Below the pieces are notes generated by a model. It saw nothing but the letters and a program-made list of their open reading frames with translations. It was not told the origin of the DNA and made no database searches. The position numbers were made by a program, and so were the translations under genes. Shown here piece after piece: positions 35,898-45,632 of a DNA stretch of 60,502 bases. Source of the DNA: Pseudomonadota bacterium (GTDB lineage: Bacteria > Bdellovibrionota_B > Oligoflexia > Oligoflexales > RGVZ01); NCBI GenBank assembly GCA_041178085.1, contig JBEGVZ010000075.1, positions 1-60,502 of the forward strand, given 5' to 3'. The stretch's first letter is position 1. Each line of letters begins with the position of its first letter.

Positions 35898-37148
35898 CTA
35901 CATTACGCCGCGTTGGGCGTTCATCCGGTCAAGCGCGAGGGAGCAAACCATGTCGCTGGTTGTGTTGACGGCGGACCTCGCTCTCGCCAGCACCCAGTCC
36001 ACGCTGAGCAGCAATGGGAGGAGTTCCATGGGCAGGTGCAGCGTTGACAGAACCAGCGAGAGGGAGACGAATCCTGCTTCCGGCACGCCAGCAACGCCCA
36101 TCGCGGCGACCAGGCATAAACCAGCAAGGGCAATCTGTTGTACCAGGGACAGATCGATGCCACTGGCCGTGGCAACTGCCAGCGCAGTGACTACCTCGTA
36201 CAGGATGATTCCGTCGTTGTTCAGGTTTGTGCCGACACAGGCCGCCAGTGTGGAAGATTTGCGCGACACTTTCAAATTATCCAGTGCTGCGAGGGTCAGA
36301 GGCAAGGTTGCCAGGCTTGAGTTGCATCCAAAGGCGTATGAGACCGGCTTGCGCGCAATTTGCCAGAATGCACCCAGGGATTGACCGCAGAACAGCTTTA
36401 TCCATGCGGAATAAACGAAAAATACGTGGATCATGAACCCGGCCATCACCACGGCAACATAAAAACCAAGTCCAGCAAACCCGGCCAGGCCGCGCTCGCC
36501 AGCAGCTTTGGCGGAAACGCCGAATACGGCCAGCGGCACCAGCCAAACGACCCAAAGGATGCATTTCTCGGCTGTCTTGAGGAGCGCGTGGTTGATTTCG
36601 CTGACTCTGGCAACCGCGTTGGCGGCCTCTTTGGAGCTGTGCGCATGCATCCGCAGGCCAAAGCCTGTGAGCAGTGCCAGGATTACGACCCCCGCGATGT
36701 TTGCGTTCAGGAATGGGTCGATGATGCTTTTGGGCGTGATGTTTTCCAAGGTTTTGCCCAGTTCGATGCTCATTGGGGCTGGTACGCCATTCTTCGCACT
36801 GGTATTCGAATCGGATATACCGGATTCGGCGACTGATTTTGCAAGGGGAGCCAGAGCTGCTCCCGGGTTGAGCGTGGCTTGCAGTGCCAGGCCAATCGCC
36901 AGCGCGAGCACACCATTGATGGTGGTGACAGTCAGGAGGCGCGCAAAGCCCTTGCCATCGACCCCGGCGGACAGGATTGCATCCACAATGGCAAAGAAGA
37001 CGAGCGGCGTGGCGATCGTCTTGACCAGCGTTATGACCGGTTTTCCGGCATCGCCGAGCACGCCTGCTTCGGGGCCCAGAACGAGTCCAGTCAAAATCCC
37101 GACCAGAAGGCTGAACATGATCCACATTGTCAAACCGGGTTTTTTCAC
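35898..37148 (-). CDS. Dicarboxylate/amino acid:cation symporter (second DAACS)
   Basis: NSSLATLP, GTNLNNDG, GVAGVPEAG, DWVLARARSAVN. Confidence 0.9.
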   Translation of the reverse strand: MKKPGLTMWIMFSLLVGILTGLVLGPEAGVLGDAGKPVITLVKTIATPLVFFAIVDAILSAGVDGKGFARLLTVTTINGVLALAIGLALQATLNPGAALAPLAKSVAESGISDSNTSAKNGVPAPMSIELGKTLENITPKSIIDPFLNANIAGVVILALLTGFGLRMHAHSSKEAANAVARVSEINHALLKTAEKCILWVVWLVPLAVFGVSAKAAGERGLAGFAGLGFYVAVVMAGFMIHVFFVYSAWIKLFCGQSLGAFWQIARKPVSYAFGCNSSLATLPLTLAALDNLKVSRKSSTLAACVGTNLNNDGIILYEVVTALAVATASGIDLSLVQQIALAGLCLVAAMGVAGVPEAGFVSLSLVLSTLHLPMELLPLLLSVDWVLARARSAVNTTSDMVCSLALDRMNAQRGVM

Positions 37149-38422
37149 AACGTCTTGTCCGCCATTCGCAATCTTGACTCCAGGTGCCAGGTCAGCACGG
37201 GGACAAGCAGTGAGACAGCCATCGATATCATGGCGACCAGGGGCATTCCGGTCAACTTGCCTTCAGAGTCAGAGGTTAACAGCAGTGAGGAAACGAAGGA
37301 GCCGGTGGCCGAAGCGAAATGTTGCGTGGTCGATTGCAGCGACATGAACGCTCCCCGGTTGTCCTGGCTTGGGACTTGGCTAGAAATCGTGTTGTAGGAG
37401 ATGGCGCGGATCGATGTTCCGGCCATGAAAAAGACTGCAATCAAAACCGGATTAAACCAGTCGGCGTGTCGGTAAAAACCTGTCGTTAGCGTAAAAAGAA
37501 TCAGGATTGTTCCAGCCGCGGAGATACGTGTGGCGCCGTAGCGGTCTGTCAGCCTTCCGGCGATTTGCATCGACAGCAGGCTGGCGATGCCGCCGCACAG
37601 GTAGAGCAAGCCCATGTGGGCTCGCGGGAAGCCCAAATTCTTTTGCACAAAGGCGGCAATGTTCGGGATCACGATGAACCCGCTGAACATGACGCTGGCC
37701 CCGAGCGCCATCGACATATGTGTGGATGCCTGGCGCAAAAGGTGCTGCAGGGCCTGAAGGTTCTGACGGCTGCCCGATACAAGCCTGGCCGCCTTTGCCG
37801 GGGTGGTCGATGGCATCCTTTCCGGGCGCAGCAGTAACCGGATCGCGGCGGTCACAAAGGCCCCCAGGCAACCCACCGCAAAAAACGGTGTGCGCCAGGA
37901 ACCTGCCGCGGCTAGCTCCAGTCCTGCCGGGACACCCAGGATGGAAGCAATTGAAAAGGCGCCCATGACGATACCCAGGGCGCGGCCCCGCTTTCGCACG
38001 GGAATGCAATCTGCCGTCATGGCCAGGGCAAGGGCCGTCGCTGGCCCGCCAAACATTCCGGCAGTCACCCGTGCCGCAAGCAAGGTCGCCAACCCGGTGG
38101 AAATGCCCCCGGCGACTGTAGCGATAGAAAGTCCCGCCAGGGCAGTGGCGAGGGCTTTTTTGCGTGGGAAGCGGTCCAGAAAAAAGGCAGAGACGATTCC
38201 GCTCAGGGCGGCAGCAGCTGTGTAACTACCCCCAATGATTCCGATTTTTGAAGTGGGTATGCCCAGCTCAGCGCTGAAGTCGGGCCCCAAAGGCATAACC
38301 ATCATGAAATCGAGGATGTTGACGAACTGCACCATGGCCAGAAGTAGCACCAGTTTTGTTTCTTCGCTGGTCAGGCGAACTGACGCAGGTGCAGGTCTCT
38401 GCTGTTCAATTTTTGGTCGCAT
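37145..38422 (-). CDS. MFS transporter
   Basis: QFVNILDFMMVMPLGP, motif A (DRFPRKK), GR.TDRYG; about 12 TM segments. Confidence 0.93.
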   Translation of the reverse strand: MRPKIEQQRPAPASVRLTSEETKLVLLLAMVQFVNILDFMMVMPLGPDFSAELGIPTSKIGIIGGSYTAAAALSGIVSAFFLDRFPRKKALATALAGLSIATVAGGISTGLATLLAARVTAGMFGGPATALALAMTADCIPVRKRGRALGIVMGAFSIASILGVPAGLELAAAGSWRTPFFAVGCLGAFVTAAIRLLLRPERMPSTTPAKAARLVSGSRQNLQALQHLLRQASTHMSMALGASVMFSGFIVIPNIAAFVQKNLGFPRAHMGLLYLCGGIASLLSMQIAGRLTDRYGATRISAAGTILILFTLTTGFYRHADWFNPVLIAVFFMAGTSIRAISYNTISSQVPSQDNRGAFMSLQSTTQHFASATGSFVSSLLLTSDSEGKLTGMPLVAMISMAVSLLVPVLTWHLESRLRMADKTL

Positions 38423-38512
38423 GTTGCTCCGGACGCCATGGAAGAGGCAGAGAGAGTGACTCCGGATGCCTGCAACACCTCGGAACTACTGTTGTTATCA
38501 AACTGCTTGGGG

Positions 38513-38529
38513 CTGGCACGTTCGCTGCT
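38513..38529 (+). promoter_or_regulatory. sigma54 promoter driving the putative small RNA
   Basis: CTGGCACG-TTCG-CTGCT with GG-N10-GC spacing; predicted +1 about 38540-38542. Confidence 0.65.
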
Positions 38530-38541
38530 AAATGGGTCCCA

Positions 38542-38661
38542 GGAGTTGACTGGCTGACCACCTTCGCCAGCCGTCATAAGCTGGTGATCCTGCTGATGCT
38601 GCGTTTGTTGTGTACCCCGTGAAAGCTGCCGTTGATCCATCCAAACCAGCCAGTCAGCTCC
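38542..38661 (+). ncRNA. Putative ~120-nt structured small RNA of unknown family
   Basis: 15-bp closing stem GGAGUUGACUGGCUG / CAGCCAGUCAGCUCC and internal 8-bp hairpin; both need a G-U pair that exists only on the + strand; 5' end matches the predicted sigma54 start site. Confidence 0.65.
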
Positions 38662-38681
38662 GTTTCCGTTATTCCCCAAAA

Positions 38682-40061
38682 TCACCCGGCCAGTTTTTGT
38701 GAGCATGCGCGCATCGCGTTCGAAACGGACGCTCGAAGGGCCTCGTGTCCAGCACTCGCGTTTGGCCATACGAGAACCGTTACCAAATCTCCGGCGCCGC
38801 CCGGCAATTTGATGGCCCGGGCCAAAAGCACACTTTCAGAGGTTCTCAATGCGGTCTCGATGGCGGTCCGCGGTTCACCAGGCTCGATCAGGTCGAGGGA
38901 CGCCTTGACTCCGGCATCGTCGTCCGCGGGGATTTGCAGCCAGCCGTCGGATTCCATGACTTCCGGAGCGTAATTGGTGATGGCCTCCATGAGGGAAGGG
39001 GTCATGTCTCCCCGCAACTCGCCAAGCGCAGCGACCGCCACGGACTCTGGACCCGACCAAAGAGCGCCCTCGATGGCGCCGTTTTCTCGCCTTACCGCCA
39101 CGCACCCCGCGTCGATACCCGCCCCAAACAAACTGCCCACCAGCAAGGACAGGGCTGCAGCCGAATTCTCTGCCACAGTCATGTCCATCAATTTCTTGTT
39201 CAGTTCCAAGAGTGCCTTGTTGGCGGCGGCTTCGTTGGCAGCAATTGCCGGAGCGCCTGTGAATTTCGGCGCGAAGGGCTGAGCAGTCGGAGGGGTGGCA
39301 GGTGCTTCTTCAACTGCCGGTCCTGCGTCCGCTGTTGTCTCTGCGGCCAGATCTCCGACGGCCGGTTCCGTCGCGGGATTGGGGGCTGCCTCGGCCGTCG
39401 CCGCGACCCCGGTTTCGGGGCTTGATTCCACTTCGGGGGCGTTTGCCTCCGGGCTTTCCACCGGGGGTATGGTTGCCTCTGCCTCCTCCGGCGCACTAAT
39501 CGGGGCATGGCGGGAAACAGGTTGAACCAGTTGGGCCACCAACTCTTTGGCCCGGTCCTGGCGGCTGCGGCTGGTCTTCAGCGCTGACAAATGTGTGGCC
39601 ATGAACGCCTCAAAAGCAGAGGGTTCAGGCTTGTAGCCCGGGATCAGCCGGGATAGTCCCTGTCGCACCTGCCTCAGGGTCGCGATCAGTGGCTTGATCT
39701 TGTATCCCGTAAAAAATTCCAACTGGTGGAGGGTCGCCCGGTCCAGCGGGTCAATCATCGCGACCGCAAGGATGTTGGAGTCCAGGCGCAGGGGAAGGAC
39801 TTCCAGTTGGCGAAGGAGGGGCGTGTCGATCGCCCCCAGGGCGCGATCATCGATCTCGGAAAAGATGTCCTTGGCGGCTACCCGGTAGTGGGTCCGGTCG
39901 GCAAGGAACGCTGCCAGTTCTTCTTCGTTAAGGAGGCCCAGGGCAAGGATTCCCCGTGCAAATGCACCCGCAGAGTTTCCTGAGGCTTCCTGGATGGTCT
40001 TCCTGTCGCCCTCTGAAAGCAGGCCTTCTGCGACCAGGAGTTGACCCAATTTCGTCGTCAT
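38682..40061 (-). CDS. GspE/PilB N-terminal (MshEN-like) domain protein without ATPase
   Basis: KLGQLLVAEGLL..., VLPL....L.VAM.DP.D....L.F.TG..I.P; Pro/Ala/Glu linker; no Walker A motif. Confidence 0.8.
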   Translation of the reverse strand: MTTKLGQLLVAEGLLSEGDRKTIQEASGNSAGAFARGILALGLLNEEELAAFLADRTHYRVAAKDIFSEIDDRALGAIDTPLLRQLEVLPLRLDSNILAVAMIDPLDRATLHQLEFFTGYKIKPLIATLRQVRQGLSRLIPGYKPEPSAFEAFMATHLSALKTSRSRQDRAKELVAQLVQPVSRHAPISAPEEAEATIPPVESPEANAPEVESSPETGVAATAEAAPNPATEPAVGDLAAETTADAGPAVEEAPATPPTAQPFAPKFTGAPAIAANEAAANKALLELNKKLMDMTVAENSAAALSLLVGSLFGAGIDAGCVAVRRENGAIEGALWSGPESVAVAALGELRGDMTPSLMEAITNYAPEVMESDGWLQIPADDDAGVKASLDLIEPGEPRTAIETALRTSESVLLARAIKLPGGAGDLVTVLVWPNASAGHEALRASVSNAMRACSQKLAG

Positions 40062-40211
40062 CCGGGCTCCGTGAAATAGCTGAAAATTTGGCTTGGTTTT
40101 ATGTTACCACAGCTTCTAATATGACGGGGCATGGACGCATTGGACTCCCGGGATCCTGAGGATCTCACGGCGTCCCAGACCACTGGATCTCTTTTAATCG
40201 GCAGGTTGCAC

Positions 40212-40979
40212 ATGACGGAAATCAAAAAAGCAGAGCTCAAGGGACCGGACGCCTTTCAGGCGCGGATATTTATCGCGATCAACTGGTTGGTTGCCAACAA
40301 GCGGCAGGTTGGGCTGTTCCTTCTCCCACTGGTGGTGGTTGCGGTCGCGGGCTTTACCTGGCAGGCGGTGTCGGGTCACTTGAAAAACCGGCGCATGGCA
40401 GATCTGGCTGGCATTGAGGAGAAGTACGCCAAGGAAACCGAGGAAGCTTTCAAAAAAGCCGACCCGGCGTCCGCTGGCAAGGTGACCCCAGACCACTCAG
40501 CTTCTCTGGCGTCCTACCTTGATTTTGCAAAGAAACACCCTGGGAATGAAGAGGGTTGGACTGCAGGATTACGCGCCGCCAATATCCTGCTCGACAAGGA
40601 AGCCCCTGAACACGAGTCCGCGCGGAAACAGATCGAAGCGGTGGTTGCCAAGTCCACGGCTTCGCGCTTCCACCAGATCCTCGGACGTTTCATGCTGTTG
40701 GCGGTTTTGGAAGATACAAAGCAGTATGACGAGGCCCTGAAACACGCGGCGGCCCTGTCCGGCATCCTTGATGCAGAGCAGCCCCGCAAGTCGGAAGGCA
40801 AATCCCCCCTGGTCACGGAAATCAAACCCCGCCTGCTGTTGAGCAAGGCGCGTATCGAGCTGGCCAAGAACTCCAAAGATGATGCCCGGGCAACGCTCAA
40901 CTCGATCATCAAAGACCACGGATTCTCTGAAGAGGCGGCGACAGCGCGCGCAATGTTGACCATGGCGGCAGCGAATTGA
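40212..40979 (+). CDS. YfgM-like single-TM TPR protein
   Basis: ELKGPDAFQ lead-in, one TM segment, TPR-like helices; directly upstream of the BamB-like gene as in yfgM-bamB. Confidence 0.75.
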   Translation: MTEIKKAELKGPDAFQARIFIAINWLVANKRQVGLFLLPLVVVAVAGFTWQAVSGHLKNRRMADLAGIEEKYAKETEEAFKKADPASAGKVTPDHSASLASYLDFAKKHPGNEEGWTAGLRAANILLDKEAPEHESARKQIEAVVAKSTASRFHQILGRFMLLAVLEDTKQYDEALKHAAALSGILDAEQPRKSEGKSPLVTEIKPRLLLSKARIELAKNSKDDARATLNSIIKDHGFSEEAATARAMLTMAAAN

Positions 40980-42106
40980 TGTCCAGGCGATGTCTTCACA
41001 CAGCGGTCTTGGCAATTGGCCTGTATGCATGCGCTGGTTCTGGTCTGGCGGCGACCACTTCGCCCAGCAGGCCATTTCGTCTTGGCAGCATGCGCCTGAT
41101 GCCGGAAGTGGACGCAACCAAGCCGGTGGGTTTGGCGCTCCGTTCCGGTTTCAGCGTTCAGGGGGACACCCTGATCGGGGACTGGGGTGAAGGCTGGGTG
41201 GGAGCACGATCTTCCCGCTCCAAGAGGTTCTCCTGGTGGTTCAATGCGGGTGCGGAAGTTAGCAGCCCGGTATTCAACGCCGGCGGCTTCATTGTGTTCA
41301 GCACCCGCGCAGGAAAAGTATTCAAGCTGGATATTGCGACCGGAAAACGCGCATGGGAAGCCACCCTCGACTCCTTCAGCGATCGCAAACCGCTGGTGTC
41401 CGGGTCGACGGTAATCGTCCAGGCGGCATCGCAAGTCATCTATGCCCTCGACTATCAGACAGGCAAGAGTCTGTGGCTTTACGACGCCGGTTTTCCCGAA
41501 GGTTTGACGGTCAGCGGTGGACCAACACCCGTGGTCTGGGCGGATTCCCTGATTGCGGGATTGGCGAACGGCGATCTAGTCGGCATCAACCTGCAGTCAG
41601 GCAAGCAGGCATGGCGCGTGAGTGCTCCGGTGAGCGAGGCCAGGTTCCATGATGTGGTCGGTGAGCTTTTTGTGCGTGATGGCCAGTTATTCGCCGCGCG
41701 CTACGACGGGACTGTGACGGCTTTTGATGTCAAGGACGCCAAGGGTGGCGAACCACGGGTCATCTGGCAAGAGAAGTTCCCCGGTATCTCTGTGGTAACC
41801 CACCGCAACGGCAAGATGTTCCTTGGCTGCGTGAACGGGGACGTGGTCGCGCTTGACGAGATGAACCAGGGACGGCAGGTCTGGCGTGCTGCCAACGGTG
41901 GCAGCGTGACCACACTTACTGCCGCGGAATCGCGCTTGATCGCGTCAACGTCCGACGGACGAATTTTTACCATGGACCTGCAGACAGGCGAGCTGCTCTG
42001 GCACGATTCGTTGGGATACAGCGTCATGGCGGCGCCGCTGTTCATCGATGACGGCATCTATTTCATCACGGGTCTTGGCAACGCTTACGGGTACCGACTT
42101 CTTTAG
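40979..42106 (+). CDS. bamB: PQQ-repeat beta-propeller lipoprotein, BamB-like
   Basis: Lipobox LYAC; repeated ALD..TGK..W blades; RF.DV motif; synteny with the yfgM-like gene. Confidence 0.75.
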   Translation: MSRRCLHTAVLAIGLYACAGSGLAATTSPSRPFRLGSMRLMPEVDATKPVGLALRSGFSVQGDTLIGDWGEGWVGARSSRSKRFSWWFNAGAEVSSPVFNAGGFIVFSTRAGKVFKLDIATGKRAWEATLDSFSDRKPLVSGSTVIVQAASQVIYALDYQTGKSLWLYDAGFPEGLTVSGGPTPVVWADSLIAGLANGDLVGINLQSGKQAWRVSAPVSEARFHDVVGELFVRDGQLFAARYDGTVTAFDVKDAKGGEPRVIWQEKFPGISVVTHRNGKMFLGCVNGDVVALDEMNQGRQVWRAANGGSVTTLTAAESRLIASTSDGRIFTMDLQTGELLWHDSLGYSVMAAPLFIDDGIYFITGLGNAYGYRLL

Positions 42107-42153
42107 GTCTACCGCGGCCAATTGTTGCTGTTTTTATGCGTGACTCTTCGGGG

Positions 42154-43335
42154 TCATAGAAGAGATTGCTCCCGGGCTTTGCCTTGCTGCAGCTTCTCGA
42201 CAACCTTTTTTACGTCTTGTGCGCGTTCCTTGGGGCAAACCAGGATTGCGCCTTTGTGGTGCACAATCACCATGCCCTTCAGGCCGATCGCTGCGACCAG
42301 GGGGCCATCGCTGTCAATCGTCGTGTCTGAAGTATCAAGAAGCACGGCAGGCCCTTCCACCAGGTTTCCTTCTTTGTCTGTCGCAGGAAAAGCCCGGGAC
42401 AGCGCATCCCAGCTGCCAACATCCTGCCAGCCGAAGTCGGCATCGACGACCGCGATCCGGTCACTTTTCTCCAGCACGGCTTCATCGATCGAGATTTTCG
42501 TCAGCTTGGGATAAACCCTGGCCAGTTTTTTCATGTCAAACGGATTGCCGTCTTTGGCAGGTTTTTTCTTCAAGCAGCCACGCAGCATTTTCATGTCTTT
42601 CGGCAGGGAACGCTCTAGCTCCTCAAGCAAGGTTGATACTGGAAAGACAAATAGCCCGGAGTTCCACAGGAAGCGGCCGCTGGCAACATATTTGCGCGCC
42701 GTTTCGAGGTCCGGTTTTTCCCGGAAGCCGGCGACCTCGAAGCCCGCATTCGTTTCGCTGAACGGATAAAGATGCAGTGCTTGCCCGCGTTCAATGTAGC
42801 CATAGCCTGTCTCTGGCCATCCCGGCAGCACGCCGAGCAAAGTCAGGTAGCCGTTGGCGGCTACGCTTACGGCCCGAGAAATCACTTGGTGAAATGCAGG
42901 CAGGTCGGTGATCACGTGATCGGCGTGCATTGAAATCATGATCGGATCGATGCCCGGGTTGATCGACTCACTGGCATGCTTGATCGCAAGCGCTGCAAGT
43001 GCGAGCGCGGGTGCAGTGTTCCGGGCCTGCGGCTCCGGAATGACCACTCGGCACTTTGTGCCAGAAACCTTACGCGTCGCCGCCGCTTGTTCGACGTGGG
43101 TGATGATCATGCGTCGTGCGGGCGGTACCATGGAATCAAAACGGTCCAGGGTGACCTGCAGCATCGCTTTCTTCTGTCCGCCCAGGCTGCACAATTGCTT
43201 TGGTGTTTTCAGCCTTGATTTCGGCCAAAAGCGTGTGCCGCTGCCGCCAGCCAGGACGACGCCAAAAATACGCCGCCCCAGTTCGCCCGGGAATTTTGCT
43301 TTGCTAGCGCTTCTTTTTTTCTGTTTTTTTGCCAT
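42154..43335 (-). CDS. manC: Mannose-1-phosphate guanylyltransferase (no PMI domain)
   Basis: LAGGSGTRFWP.SR..PKQ, EP..RNTAPA, ADH, ETGYGYI, FREKP, WNSG.F, W.DVGSW. Confidence 0.93.
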   Translation of the reverse strand: MAKKQKKRSASKAKFPGELGRRIFGVVLAGGSGTRFWPKSRLKTPKQLCSLGGQKKAMLQVTLDRFDSMVPPARRMIITHVEQAAATRKVSGTKCRVVIPEPQARNTAPALALAALAIKHASESINPGIDPIMISMHADHVITDLPAFHQVISRAVSVAANGYLTLLGVLPGWPETGYGYIERGQALHLYPFSETNAGFEVAGFREKPDLETARKYVASGRFLWNSGLFVFPVSTLLEELERSLPKDMKMLRGCLKKKPAKDGNPFDMKKLARVYPKLTKISIDEAVLEKSDRIAVVDADFGWQDVGSWDALSRAFPATDKEGNLVEGPAVLLDTSDTTIDSDGPLVAAIGLKGMVIVHHKGAILVCPKERAQDVKKVVEKLQQGKAREQSLL

Positions 43336-44800
43336 TTTTCGCCTTGTCCTGAGCCGCAGGCTCGACATCATCTGTCACTTCAAAAACTTTTTGTGAGTCC
43401 AGGCCAAGGCGGTACAAGCCTTCGCGTTCCTCGCTGGATACGAGTATTTGCAGGTAGCGCGCGGCATCGGCGCTGCCGACCAGCTGGTCGCTCATGCCGT
43501 CGGCCGATTCGCGTAGTCTTTTGCTCACTTGCGTGTCACGTGCGATCGCAGCCGAGTTACGGATCTGGTCTTGCAGGATAATCGCATAAAAGAGCACGTA
43601 AGGTCGCAGGGGTACCAAGCGGTCCGATGTCGCCGCATCAAACCATTTCTCCAGCAGCTCCCGTGCGGTCCCGCGGACAGGCAGACGCACCCAACCGGAC
43701 TGCGCCGGGGTCATCTGGCCACGCTGGCGCCAAGGCTGGTCGGGAGAGATCCGGAAGCGCACACTGGCCGCGTTTCCTTTCACGCGGGAGCAACCACCAT
43801 CGCGCCAGGTGCAACGGTACAGGTTGCGTACATCAAGAAAACGCGGGCCTCCGGCTTGCCCACCGCCACGGGAATGAAAGCCGTTTGGACCGTCCAAGCG
43901 CACGGCGAGTACATCAAGCCCTTCTGGCGCACCATGCTCGCCGCCGGGTGATTGCAAGATGGCGATCGCATAGCGCACGGTCGAGTCAGTGGCTTGCGTT
44001 GTTGAGCCAAAGCTTCCTGGAAGCTTGCCGTCTTTTGCTTTCCCAGATCCGGCAGGTTCCTCTGGCTTCGGCATCAGGTTTTCAGTGACTCCGGTGTCGA
44101 TCTGCCAACGGTAGATGCCATCGCCATGCAAGTCACTTCCTGTCGCAGAGAAAACAATGCTCGGAGAAAGGTGTTCTCCGGGCTCCCAGGTAAACTCTTC
44201 CACGCGATCGTGCTCGCTGACAAGGACGCGGCTGCGCTGGTCATCCACGATGACCAGCAACCGCTCCCCGGTGTCTGGATTCGCTGCGATGCGGGCGATC
44301 CATTTTTCGTCAGGCGACCACGCACCTTCTGCGCTGGACGGGGACCATGTGCCACGGATGCTTGTGTCTCCCGGCGCAAAGGAAAGCTTAAGGCCGCCTG
44401 GAGAAGGCATGGCTCGGCTACCTTGAATGACATCGTCATGATGCCCGGTGCCAGTTGCAGGCATGGCATCAGGGCCGAAGCTTCTCAGCAGATATTGGTC
44501 TGGTCCAAGGCGCAGGTACTGTATGCGATTACCAACTGCATCATGGAGGGAAGGCATGATCTGTCCCGGTGTGGATGTGTCCAGCACCTCGGTCAGGCTG
44601 TGTGGATATTGTCCCTTTGCTGCGCGCCACTGGTCCAGCGCCAGGGCAGTGCGGTCAAGTTGCTGGCTGATGCGCCATTTGGCGACCCATGGCAATAACG
44701 GCAGTTTCTGACCGAGAAACAGGATGTTCGCGACGATCAAGGCAGTGATCGAAAGGTTGACCAGCTGCGCACAGGGATTTTTTGTTGGCGGTTTGCCCAA
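43304..44800 (-). CDS. Membrane-anchored protein with GspG-like pseudopilin head fused to a propeller-like region
   Basis: N-terminal TM; AL..W....G.YP.SL..DAVGN.I.Y....Y.LRSFGPD; then WSPDEKWIA; no prepilin cleavage motif. Confidence 0.65.
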   Translation of the reverse strand: MGKPPTKNPCAQLVNLSITALIVANILFLGQKLPLLPWVAKWRISQQLDRTALALDQWRAAKGQYPHSLTEVLDTSTPGQIMPSLHDAVGNRIQYLRLGPDQYLLRSFGPDAMPATGTGHHDDVIQGSRAMPSPGGLKLSFAPGDTSIRGTWSPSSAEGAWSPDEKWIARIAANPDTGERLLVIVDDQRSRVLVSEHDRVEEFTWEPGEHLSPSIVFSATGSDLHGDGIYRWQIDTGVTENLMPKPEEPAGSGKAKDGKLPGSFGSTTQATDSTVRYAIAILQSPGGEHGAPEGLDVLAVRLDGPNGFHSRGGGQAGGPRFLDVRNLYRCTWRDGGCSRVKGNAASVRFRISPDQPWRQRGQMTPAQSGWVRLPVRGTARELLEKWFDAATSDRLVPLRPYVLFYAIILQDQIRNSAAIARDTQVSKRLRESADGMSDQLVGSADAARYLQILVSSEEREGLYRLGLDSQKVFEVTDDVEPAAQDKAKNGKKTEKKKR

Positions 44801-44895
44801 GTGTGTTCCGGTTTACGGTTACCGTCTAAGGACCTTATCGGTCTATAATTGAACGAGAAGACTATCCAATCCACAAGACATGAGGCAACCCAACG

Positions 44896-45573
44896 ATGAA
44901 TCGCTGGCCGATGTTTGTGTCTGCGCTCAGATCAGGGATGTTGCAAACGACCCTGGCGACGGCATTGTTGACCGGGGGCCTGGCCTCCGCAGCCCCTTTT
45001 CAGCCGGACGATTGGAGTGTCTTTGAACAAGACGCGGCCACCAGTCACGCGGCGGAAAGTGACCTTACGCCGGAAGACAAGGTGGCACGAATCCGCATTC
45101 CCTTGACCATCCGGGGTTTCGAGAAGACGCCTGCCAATGCATCGCCTGGTGCGCCTTCCGTGCTGATTGGCCGCCGCGCAAAGCAATTCAACCTGCGCGC
45201 ACGCCTGGACCGTCCGAATCATTTCTACTTCGAGGACTGGCATGTCGAGACGACTCCGCGCAGCCACAGCGGACGGGTCATCGTTAAACTTAGCCTGAGC
45301 CGGACTTACGGGGAAAACCGTGAACTCGAGGACCATGTCGGGGATATGACTCTTGACGGTGGCATGGTGCGCCTGGAGCCAGGCTTGTTTCTGTTCCAGG
45401 GCCAGTCATCTGCTAAATTTACCAATCGTTCTGGTGAGTTGACGGTTGAAGCACGGGTGGATTCTGCCCGTCCTGGCGCGCCAGCACCCAATGGCGCGAA
45501 CGACCCTGCTCGGGTCTCGGTCCTAAAAGGGGTCGATGGTGTCAACCGGATCGACAGGGCACCCGTGCGCTAG
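44896..45573 (+). CDS. Secreted hypothetical protein
   Basis: SD GAGG; signal peptide ending ASA/AP; beta-rich domain. Confidence 0.7.
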   Translation: MNRWPMFVSALRSGMLQTTLATALLTGGLASAAPFQPDDWSVFEQDAATSHAAESDLTPEDKVARIRIPLTIRGFEKTPANASPGAPSVLIGRRAKQFNLRARLDRPNHFYFEDWHVETTPRSHSGRVIVKLSLSRTYGENRELEDHVGDMTLDGGMVRLEPGLFLFQGQSSAKFTNRSGELTVEARVDSARPGAPAPNGANDPARVSVLKGVDGVNRIDRAPVR

Positions 45574-45632
45574 CCAGCAATTCTCGTGGGGGCGTCACCC
45601 TCTGTCGTGTGCCTGTCTTGAGTGGATCCTGT

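Noticed and set aside
38542..38661. RNase P, SRP, 6S or tRNA identity for the structured RNA
   Set aside because: Conserved cores are absent, there is no T-loop GTTC or cloverleaf, and the length is wrong for RNase P and 6S.
38371..38769. 132-aa minus-strand ORF and 88-aa plus-strand ORF across the sRNA gap
   Set aside because: They overlap flanking genes, have no recognisable motifs or good RBS, and RNA structure explains the region better.
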